Shown here piece by piece: positions 25,801-37,800 of a stretch of DNA of 52,470 nt (the stretch's first letter is position 1; each line of letters starts with the position of its first letter). Source of the DNA: Macrostomum lignano. Lineage: Eukaryota. A model generated the notes under the pieces. It did no database searches, was not told where the DNA came from, and saw only the letters and a program-made list of their open reading frames with translations. The translations under genes and the position numbers were made by a program. The DNA lies in assembly GCA_002269645.1 (NCBI GenBank), contig NIVC01004264.1, positions 1 to 52,470 on the forward strand. Reading direction: 5' to 3'.

Positions 25801-28800
25801 ATCCTTCGACATCAAACTGTCTGAATATATTCTTTAATCACTGCAAAGCCCCCTGAGCTCTCATTAAAGTAACCACTAGATGAGGTTCAGATTGTTGATT
25901 GGGGCTGCGAGATGGACTCAATCTGGATTGTCTGATATAGTTAATGTAGCTTGGTTTACCTGGCAGATCTTTATTTAAAAGGTTTCCAATTCACATCTTT
26001 ATCTCACGTTGGCTACTTACTCATTAGAGGGGACTACTTTCCCTCACAACTTCTTACCCCTTAAAGGTTTACCTGGCAACTTGCCATGACTTAGTGCTGC
26101 ATTTTCATGAAATATTTACAATACAACCAGGTATTCATTTCTTCACTAAATACGAGCGTATGCGAAAGTCATTCAAAGTAGCAAAACTGCCACTTTAGAA
26201 TCCCGGTAGAGAGTGTAAAAGAAGATGAGAATAATTCGCAAGACGAGGTAAAGGCTAGTAGTTTTCGTGGCGGGGTAGTTTTCTACAATACGATTTTTGC
26301 TAAATCTCACTTTCTTCAATCCTCTCAAGACTGAAATGGTGATTTTGTTATTAAAAACTTTTATCGCCTTTTTAAATTTGATAAACTCTTCTATCGGGTA
26401 GATTGATAGACTGATAGATTCTTAGTTTCTCTTTTTCAATGTCTCTACCGGGATTCCCACATGATATTCGCTCAAAGGAACGATGAGGCTGCGTCCTGGT
26501 CTCTTGAACAGCTTGAACACGACCGGATTGGACGCATTTGACGATTTAGTTCTGGCAGACTGACGCAAATGTTCAGCGGTCCCGCTAATTGTTGCCAATC
26601 TTGGTCGTCAATGTATTCATTTATTTTTCGCCGATCTTATTGTGAGAAAGTGACGATGCTCATCAAATGTGTTCATGAAATTTTCAACGTGTGGTGTCAA
26701 ATTAAAAGCTAATTTGATACAAAAAAGGTAAAATTATGTCGGTATCATTTTCAATTCATGCGCTTCACCGATCTTGAATGGTTTGAAATTCGTCCTCTGA
26801 GATGTACTTCTTCTCGATGGCCTTTAAGATAAACTATATGATCAATATATGGAACTGTTGCTGATGCCTAGCTGACTTGGAATTGACAATTGAGTTATAG
26901 TTAGCCTACTCGCTACGCTCGCATTTTTCCTATGTTACTTACTGGCTCGATCGTCCCAATTCGAAAAATAAGGAGTTTTGGCCATAGACAATTTTTAGAT
27001 TTTATTATTTCTTTCTTTGTCTAGAGTGTTGGTGTGCTAATAAAATCGGCTTCACTTTAGACCCCTCTATTGGCAGTCTATGTATACTCGATATTCTCTG
27101 GTGAAACCACAGATAGTAATAAATAGTATGTTAATTGTTATAGTATCTGTGAGTCGAACTAATAAAATACTTCTTAGTTTTTAACTTTTGTCGCTCGCTT
27201 TGTAAGGTAGCTGACGGAGTTTATTACATTTCTCAGTAAGTTAAGTGGGCCTTAATGGTAGATTGTGTAGTAGGTCCTAGAATTGATAAATATTCAAAAA
27301 CTACTCGTGCTTCACACGCATTATTCTGGGATGCATTATTCTATGGCCTACCCTTTGTCGCCCAATTTTTACGTACCGCATGTAATATCGCTTATGACTC
27401 TTGACGATTTGGCCATAGGAAACTTTTACAGCTTAGATAGAAAGACCAGGGAGAAAATAGAGAAGGTAAGACCGACCATACACTATAATTTCTCTTGACT
27501 TAAAGCTCCTTTCACCGAGACTCTTGAAGCAGTATCAATATATAGCCGCTAAGTAGTATTGGTTTTGTCAGCCTAACTGAGAATAAAGCCATCCAAAGTG
27601 AGAATCCTGCCTACGCTGACTGCGAAGGGCCTGGCTGCGTGCAGCCTTAGTCTATGGGCCATAGACTATAAAGGATAAGCAAAGTGATAAAAAGCCATCC
27701 AATGTGAGAATCGATCGCTTTTTCTCTTTCCCCCAGCTCTCTTCACTCCTCCAAGCGCAACTCCTCCATCACTGCTTCTCCATCACCCACAGTCTCGTTG
27801 CTTTCTTGCCTATTTATCCAACACTTAGAAGGCTGCCGCGTGGGACCTGCATTGCAGACGACTCTTTGGGCAGTGCATTGAGGGACGGCTATTTTAACTC
27901 TTTAGTTTACTGTACTGTATCATCCAGTGTGTTCCTGTTTCCGTTATTCCGTTCAAGCTATTGGCTAGTCATATGGCTCAGAAGGTATAAAAATAAAAGA
28001 ATACAACGCATAGACCAATCGATTCTCACATTGGATGGCTTTTTATCACTTTGCTTGTCCTTTATAGTCTATGGCCCATAGACTAAGGCTGCACGCAGCC
28101 AGGCCCTTCGCAGTCAGCGTAGGCAGGATTCTCACTTTGGATGGCTTTTTTCTCAGTTAGGCTGACAAAACCAATAGTAGCAGAGTTGAGTTTTAACCCC
28201 TTCAAATTATGATTTGCCAAGCAAATCGATCCCCATCAAGTACGTCAGGCAAATCCACTAAGCATTTATTTTCTGGTTTTTCCGTATTTTCTGCTTTGTT
28301 CAATAAAAAAATCGACTTCCAAATCCGCTTACTCAGATCGAGTAAACAATCGAATCTAAGGAGCGCAAAAAACCCATCTGACAAGTCGAGAACAACCGCC
28401 AGAACCTGCAGAAATAGACACGCAGTAGCCGAAATAACAATCTGTAGATATCCCAAATTGTACGCATTTTTTCTCCACAGACGATAGATAGTGTCATATT
28501 GGTTTGCTATGCAAAATAGTCAAGTAGAGTGCATTGAAGTGCAGTGCCGTAGGATAAATTTGCACTGAAAAACGCTAGAGCGGTACTTTTTGATTGCTCG
28601 GGTGTCAACAAGCAAATAAACGCTACATGATATTCGGGTAAAGCAACGCCTGTCTCTGCTCACGCAAAAGCCGTCAGCTCAAACAACGTCTCTCAACGGA
28701 CCGGAAACACGTGCCGATCCGATGCGTATAAATTCGCAGCTGCCGACTGCTCAACACAACAAGCTCAGGCTCGACTCAATCTACACACAGCTCGAAGAAT

Positions 28801-31800
28801 CGACTCGACTCAAGCAATCATGAAGTGGCAACTGGTTCTCGGACTTCTGCTGTGCGCCGCCCTGGCCGTCGCCCAGCCCACCCAGGAGGAGGCCAAGGCC
28901 GAGAGTGAGTCGAAGGAGGATCCGTCCGACCCAGACGATTCCAAGCTGTCGGAGGAGCATTTCTCGATGCTGAAGAAGAAAGGCTTCCACGTTCATTTTC
29001 ATGGTTAGATGAGCCACATCGTACATCGCACAAGTGGTTTCATGGATCGGAAGATTAAGACAACTCACAGCTGACCTGACTCGGAACTCTGACTTTGAAC
29101 TTCTTAAATAGAAAACCTGAAATCTTCACTGCCCTTATTCGCTGATCAGTTATAACAAATATAACAACCAGTATCATCTAATTAGGCACCCAGTAAAGCT
29201 ATAATTTTTGTGTTGTTGAGCGTTGTAAATTTCTTTAATTCGAAAGTCGTAATGTTGAGAACTTGTAGCTCGTAGATCATCACAATCGAATTGAGCACAC
29301 AAAGCAACTATACTATTAATGTTGTTAAGCTTTGTAATTTTTCAAGTTGCGAATCGTAATGTGGAGAACTTGTTAATGCTTGCAAATAATGCTTTGTCGC
29401 ATGAAATTCAGCGAAACTTGTTGATGCGATAGATAATTTGCGACTTGATGCGATAAGGTCAGCAATTATCAGTTATTTCTTCGTTTTCGCCGAATCTTAC
29501 CATTTAAAAAAGAGTTAGTGCTTAATGAACTGTTTCAAAAAATATTAGCTACATGAAGGAAGATTTCAAAAAATCATTTATGATTTCTTGTGGCGATTCG
29601 TTATTCGTCACCGACAATATGGCTAACAAAGACACGCAGTTAACCGTAAATACGCTATCTTTGAACCTTTGGCGCACTACGAGCATTTCCTGGAATTTTC
29701 CCGTGTTTTTTCGAATACAACTGCTCTTAGTGGCTTAACTGCGTGTGCGGTAGGTGAGCCGACATGAGTAGATAGCTTTTAAATTGACAACATGGAAGGC
29801 CACGTCCCCTAGACTTAGAATTCCACAAAGGGTCAAATGGAAGGCATAAGAACAAAAATTTGGTACCCTGCCATTGGAACCCACTTGGGATTCGGTGATC
29901 CTAGGTCAAGGAGTGTGGTCGGGCTCTGAGAGCAGAATCTAACAAACGGAGGATTTGAGGACGAAGCCAAGTCTTCAGAATCTGAGCTCTCCTCAGCTAC
30001 TCTGGTGGGGTTCGGGGGTCGAGGGGAGAAATCTCTTCCATTTTGTCATCGGAGCCTGAGGACTCTGGCGGAAATCTCCAAGTCAATCTCTCAAACGAGC
30101 CCCGACGGAATGAGAAAAGGATTGAATCCTGTATAGTCTCCTTGACGGGAGAATCGTTCATAAATTGAATTTAGTATATTATGACTAACCTCCACTGCCA
30201 AAGGAGCAACTTTCTGTCTACAAATAAATCTATTGCCCTATTGCCCCTCTGCGTCAGTAAATTTTATTAAGACTGCAAAGTTGCACAGGCCAGTCCTTAT
30301 CCTAATCCATGAACCCTGGATGCGCAACGGTAAGTTGCTCAACATTCCTTATGGCTACTCTGACTTCAGTGTTTGTGGCCCGGAGAACAGTTGCCCTACA
30401 GTGACCATCCTCGCTGCCAGCCATCTCCAGGCTTGGCTGAGGGCGATCTTTCAGATGGAGGTCTTTGTGTCATCCAATCTGACAATCTCTCTTGGCGTGA
30501 CAGGGTGATAGGGTAATATCCTAGGTAACAGGGACCCTAACTGCGCCGAGCGCAATACTACGAATTTCAGAAGGCTGAGCTGTGCTTGGGGGGACGACCT
30601 TAACACACATCATAAGCACTAGAACAGCAAAAACACCAATGCTAGAGGGTAGGAGATTCTTGTCCTCATCTATTTTTGAAATATTATGCTCTGCAACCAC
30701 AGAAGCACTCTTACCTTCGAAAATGCCACATGCACCAATGTTCTCGATGCCACACTCGTTACCCCAGACTCTGATCTGATCAACGAAAACCCACTTTATC
30801 TGACGTCTGCTCCATCGCCTTTAACATCGCGGAAACTCAGCTCCAGGCCTTGAGTACTTGGAGGGGTAACGTCCGCAACACTGATTGGACAGCCTATAAG
30901 GTTACCTTCGATCTGCACCTGCAGGAACTCACGGACGAGCGTCCGATTGAGGCCTGGGAGGAATTCGATCAAATGGCTGAGAGGCAAACAGACTGCATTA
31001 CTGCAGCTTTTGAAGCGGCCTGTCTTGTCCGTGCCTACAAAGGCAAGACTTCTTTCAGTCCGTGGTGTAGCCCGGAGAAGCTCAGACTGAAGGCCAAAAG
31101 CCCTCACCGCAGCGCCACAAAAACTTGTAACCCAAAAACTTCAATTCTGAGGTGCGGAAGGCCAAGGTATGTGGCGGATATACTGCAATGAGTTGGATCA
31201 CGAAACCTACGTCTAGGCTTGTCAAGCCCCTGACAATTGGAAAAAATGTCCAAACTAGCCATCATAAGAAATTATGATGGCTCTCTAACTAAAAGCCCTT
31301 AAGAAATGATTTAACAAATGCTCAGCACCATCTTTGCAAAGTTACCCACTGCCAGAACAGAGCCCTATGTAGGGAGCCACTTTGGTGGCAGGCATCGTTA
31401 CAAAAGACTCTATCACCTGTGCGGTTGGAACCTTCAAGCCCTTCAACTCTCTTGGAGCTGATGGTAACTACCCAGTTCTTCTTCACGAAGCATCTGTCAT
31501 ATCTTCATTTCGCTTTACATGCAATAGTAGAACGGGCATGGCTGGGCGACACTTATGCCTTCAGTCTTTCCCTCAACCTTGAAGGTGCTTTTGATAATGT
31601 AATCATCAAGGTGTGTCAGGTGGCTCTTAAAAATCACAAAGCTCATGCTACTCTCCACGGTGCATTATGAACATGATTTCCATCCCCACGGTCACTGCTT
31701 AACTTTGCGTGCAAATCCCTTCCACCAGATTCTGAAAGGGAGGATCCAAAGGCTGAGCTCTCACGCCGACGCTCTGAAGCCTGGTCATGAGTGCCTTTCG

Positions 31801-34800
31801 AGTGATCCCTGGCCACCAGGCCCTGTCTTCATTTTCGGTTGGTTACGGTAACGACGCCACTGCCATTGGAGGCAGGGCCGTCACCCTGCACGCCCAGACA
31901 TTTACTTGATCCAAAGCTTTATCCGCAGAGCTCAATCCATGAAAGAGGTTTAAAACTTTGAGGTTGAGCCCAACACTCTCGGCATTATGTTAGTTCACCA
32001 GCAAAATACAGTGGAGCATGAGACCTCTGCAGTCATACGACGGATATATTGCCCTCACCCAGAAAACTACCTTTGACAAGTTAAGAGCTACCATCGGAAA
32101 CTGCAAAAAGCGACACAAAGTAGCCGAGACAAAAATCTGTAGACATTCCGAATTTATTCTGCGCAGGCGATAGATAGTGTCATTCGGCTTTACTATGCAA
32201 CAGATTAAGAGTCAAATGCAGTGCAGTACACTGCAGAGTACTGCGATACGTAAGATGAACTGAGAAAACACTAGAGTGATACTTTTTTTGCTCAGTTGTT
32301 ATAAAACAAATATACACTACATAAAATTCTTTTAAAGCAACGCCTGTCCCTGCTCACGCAAAAGCCTTCATCTCAAACAACGTCTCTCAACGGACCGGAA
32401 ACACGTGCCGATCCGATGCGTATAAATTCGTAGCTGCCGACTGCTCAACACAACAAGCTCAGACTCGACTCAATCTACACACAGCTCGAAGAATCGACTC
32501 GGCTCAAGCAATCATGAAGTGGCAACTGGTTCTCGGACTTCTGCTGTGCGCCGCCCTGGCCGTCGCCCAGCCCACCCAGGAGGAGGCCAAGGCCGAGAGT
32601 GAGTCGAAGGAGGATCCGTCCGACTCGGACGATTCCAAGCTGTCGGAGGAGCAGTTCTCCAAGCTGGAAAAGAAGGGCTTCCATGTTCATTTTCATGGTT
32701 AGATGAGCCACATCGTACATCGCACAAGTGGTTTCATGGATCGGAAGATTAAGACAACTCACAGCTGACCTGACTCGGAACTCTACTCGCAACCGCCCGA
32801 TTCTTAAATATGAACGTAAAATCTACACAGCACTTATTCGCTGATCAGTTATAACAAATATAACAACCAGGACCATCTAATTGGGCACACAAAACAACTA
32901 AAAAATTAATTTCGTTGAGCTTTGTAATTTCTTCAAGTGTCAAGTCCTCGTGGAACACTTGTGGATACATCTACTTGCACATAATGATTTTTAGCTTTCA
33001 TTACACATCGTACATCGAAGTAGCTTTATGGAAGCTGGCCGGACTCTGAAATCTGACTACTCAATTATCTAGTGATACGAGTAAAAGTAAACTCTGCACA
33101 CTTCAAGCTTTTTATGCTTCAAGCACAGACACACACACACACACTGCTTGCTAAATTTAAGAGGTGACTTTAATGAAAAGCTTCTTTTATACCCTTTTCT
33201 TCATCGTTGTTGGTAAATGTGCACGTTATTGATGACTCGCGGTTAAAAATGGACTGTCTCTATTAGATTTTTTGATCAGATTTGGAATGAATCGCTACAG
33301 CGAAAATATTGTTGCGGGGAATATGCTAAAATTTTGGTGGGCATATTGACCCCATATATAATTACGTTGATCAATAAATAATATTCATTTGTCACATTTC
33401 TGAATATATTTAAGATTCACTCGTGGATACGTCCACACAGCCATCTAATTGACCATCAAATCACGCGAACCATGTGAAAAGGAATAAAAATATGTACCGG
33501 CTGTGTGATGGCACCAAATTGGCGATATTTGATCGCTGTATGAACGAGCGTTAAAGGCACTTACTGTGTACACTGAGAAAAGTCAGGCCATAATATATGC
33601 ACCCACGAAAATGTGTGCTAGTTGGATTAGCGAACGATTGAATTTGATCGTCCACTTGCAGGTTGAGTAAAATGGCGTCAACAGCAACACATTTGAATCT
33701 CGCGCGAAGGCACATGTACTTTGGTTTGCCTGGGCTCAGACATTCAAGGCACAGAGTGTACTGAGATGCTTGACAATAAGAATGTTAAAGCCGCTGAATG
33801 CCCGGCTGAAGTTTATGCCTGTATATTCTGTGGTGTGCCTGCGTACGCATCGGTGTACTTAAAGGTAATCAGAATGGCCTGCCTTAACTACTTGCCTCCT
33901 CACTGGAAAATAGAGATCTTGACATGCAGTTGCACCAGCGACAGATAAGGAAGAAACTGTAATTTATTGTTTTTTATCTAACAAGTTTTTCTAGTCATTT
34001 TTAGTTTACCTTCCACTACAAAAGTACCTTGCCTAAAATTTACCCTCAATAATCCATCAATCCAACAGAGCGAGTGCAGTTCAACGAATTTCCGTTGGCA
34101 GTCCATGGAGACATTGGCGTGCTGACTCACCTGCAGCCGATTAACGAGCCTGAGCTGCTCCAACATTGGGATAGCAATGGCGGCAGAGGAGTGTGAGCAG
34201 CTCTATGCTGATGCTTTTAAATGTTTTACCTCTTCCGTTTAGAAGGTAACTCCCTCGTCTGTCTCCTGCGTCGAATGGAAGCTCACTCTTCCAGTTACTC
34301 TGACTCTCCAGCTTCACCTCACGACTCTCACTAACGGCTCGTTCACACCATTGTATTGTATGTATTGTTCAAATCGACAAAATTATGGGAAGATAACGTA
34401 AAAATTGGCTTAATTTTATGGCAGTGTAAACTAGCATTAGATCTTCCCATAAAAATATATTTCAGATTCACCTTCTCAACCTGGATCTACTTGGAGAGGT
34501 CATGCGATTCGAGCTGGTGCAACATCCTGCTGGGCATCGACGCCGAGAACCGACATCGGTCGCCCGGCCTGTTGATAACCAAAGACAACAGGCTGCACTA
34601 CCAGGGACATCAATCCAACCGGGAAGACTCGAAGGGATCCGCCTTCCTCAGTGGCTATCGGCTTCCCCTGAGGACTTGGTTGCGGATTGTGTTGATCTGG
34701 CAGCCGCACGAGGTTCGTAAACATTTTTACCAGCATTATTGGGCCTAAAGTAGGATATTGGCAGGGGTCAGGATCCCCAGCGGCAAAAATTTCGAATCCG

Positions 34801-37800
34801 TGTGCTCCAACGGCAATTTGGGTCTCATGGGTATCTGGGGCTTGTCATGGGATTCACGCCATTGAGAACCACCCCATGGTACCGAGTGTAGTCATGGCTG
34901 TTGATGTGAAAATCAGGACTGCTGTACACCAGTCACAAGGGGTGAAGCTGAGACTGAGGAGAGTAGTGAGATAGAAGAGCCAATCAGAAGGCAGTGAGGG
35001 AGAGAGGAATAACAAGACTGAGCTGGACAGAGAGGCAGAGAAAACCGAGAAGATTACACATGAACTGGATCGAACAAGACAGTCAGTCGCCACAGGACTG
35101 TACTGAATACACCGGGGCTTCAAAAGTCGAACAGAATCGTTGGATGGCTTGATTGTATGGAGGAAAAGGTGCTTGACAAATAGTTAGTAAATGTCGTTGA
35201 ATTTCGTGTGATTCGGTTACTCCGTTCCAGCGCTGAGAAAAATTGAAAGTTTTCCTTGGCTAAAATGGATGTTAACTCCAGTTTTTGTGATACCAAAACG
35301 TTTAGCTCTAAGATACGGAACAGAAATCGAACAGTGGCAATTTATGATAATAAATGAGGATTCCTCCCCATTTACGCGTACATGAATAATTTACATGAGT
35401 AAGACTGTTGTTTGAAACATAACTCGATTGGCACTTCTCTTCTTCAGATTCAGATTGGAGTCTTCGATAAGCTGGATAAGACCATGTTTAAACACATTGT
35501 TCACAGGTATGTCCAGAGTTTCTTGGCCTTTCCGTCTTAATTATACAGAAATCAGTATTTCCGCGTTCTAATTTTTTTATTTCTAAACACATTGCAATAT
35601 CGTACTTCCTGACTGGCTGACTATTTGATTCCATGAACTCTTACCCTATCTAGGTTCTGATTAGCTGGCTGGCTGTACAATTCATGAAAATCTTTCAACG
35701 CCCAAACTCATTCCGCAGGTGGCCGAATCCCGTTCACTACGAGGACTCCGAACTGGCGCTACTGATTGGCGGTTACAGCCAGACTCCTGGCATCAGCGGC
35801 TACATCGCCCAGACGGTGTTGTACCGAGGCCGAGCTCTCCTGCCACTGTCAGCTCGATCAATGCCAATGACGCCGGGGTTCCTGCAGCGCAGCAACTGGC
35901 TGAGGCCGCGCCTGTGCGACTACTGTGAGAGACTCGTGGCGAGGCTGGAAGCCGATCTGGATAGGAGAGTTCGGGCTTTGCAGACTAGAGGTTGGTCTGT
36001 TGTTGTCTTTTAGAAAACTCTTCTCAAGGTTTCTGTTTTATAGAATAAAGAGAAATGTTAATAGTAAGTTCAGTCAGTAAGACGCAAGATGAGTCAGTAA
36101 AGTGCCAGCTCGGTGGTCTCATGTTCCTGTTCAACAGACACTTGTCAATCATGGGGCGCGTTCATCTCTCGGCTCTCTCTGACCAAGGAGCGTCAACGTC
36201 GCAATGTCTGTCGCAGCGGCGCAGGGGACGGAACCAAAGCTTCGGTGGCGACAGCCGTCGAACGAAGTAAGCGCCTCGTCGAGCAGTTGATGGAGCGGAG
36301 GCTGCGCTCGCTGCCACTGACGCAGGGGAAGCTAAGCGAAGAAGCCCGTCAGCAGCTGGCCCAGTTTGCCTACCAGCTCGCCGTGAAACTGATGCAGGTC
36401 TGTGGTGTTTTAATAGAGGCCAGAAGCTGTTGAAATCAGCACAACCAATTTTAAAGGCCCTTAATTTGACCAAATTCACAATTCGTCACCTTCCCAGACC
36501 AGCCACTTTGACAACATGGACCAGAGCGCTGCACTGCTGAATGCGTCAGCCTGTCTGGGCCACTGCTCAGCCAAGTTTCTGCTATCGGCTATGCTGAGCT
36601 ACGGTCTGCAGTCGGACAGACACATGGACTTTACCGAGGTTTGATTTTTTTACAATATGATATTCAGGATTGCATATTTAGTTTACACATTCCACTGATA
36701 AAAAATAGAGTATTAGCAAGCCCAGGACGTGCAGTTTTGAGAACGAAATATTTTAAGATGCAAGTTTTCGAGGATATGAAGTTTCTATGATGTGAGTTTA
36801 TGTTTGGCCTCAAAAATGGGAGGTTTCATGGATTTGAGGTTTCGGGAACGTGGGGTTTAGAAGGTGTGGGGTTTTGGTAATGTGAGGTTTCAGGGATGAG
36901 CTTTGAATGACAGAAATTTATGAACGTTGGAATCTTGGAATCTTCATCCATCCAGCAAATCCGCTCTTCTAAACCCGCAGTCCAACGCGCTCCTACTAGA
37001 AAACGTGCTCCGCTGTCGTCACCAGCTCAGTCTGTTGGCCCTTGCAACCAAGCACTACCTGGGCTCGGACGGGGCTGAGGCGAATCGGGAACTCTCGCTG
37101 GCTTATTTCTTTCATTTGGCAAGACGGACACCGAGCGAGAAAGACGAGCTGGCTAACGAAGAGTACAACCGGGTTGACATGGTGCGACTCACCGACGAGA
37201 ACCGAGTCAAGGAGGTGACTCATGCAGAGGACGACCTGTTCCAGTGGATCAGCCACCAGGCTGGTCGCGGGGTGCCCTGGGCGAAGCGGAAGATGGCGGA
37301 TCTGCTGTACTGGGGCAGCAGCGGCATGCAGAGGAACGTCCAAGAGGGCCTGAGCTACTTTAAGTGAGTTAAGGAGAAATGCCGAGAAGTGAGGAGAAGA
37401 AGTCATCGATTCGTAGCTGATTATATAGTAATATTGTTTTGTTTTGATACAATATGCGTCTACCAGTGAGTGGTTAAGCTGTGGGGTAGTGATAATATCA
37501 GAAAGTTAACATGACCGATACATTGAACGCCTAGGTCGCTGTGCGCCCTTGAGAGTGATTACCTGTCCAGACGTCTTTGAAAGTCCTTTGGAAGTCAAAA
37601 GGAAAGCGGGATGCTTTTATAGCTACATGCATATGAGTTCTGATTGGCTGCGGAGTGTTAAAGCTATGAATGAAAGGATAGTATAAATCGCTCGACTGAA
37701 CCAACACAATTTAAGATTATTTATTCATGTCTACGGCCTCTTCAGCCAACGAGAGGTCACGGCGAGAGTTGGCAGGCAACGAACAAACAGGTGGGCACAC

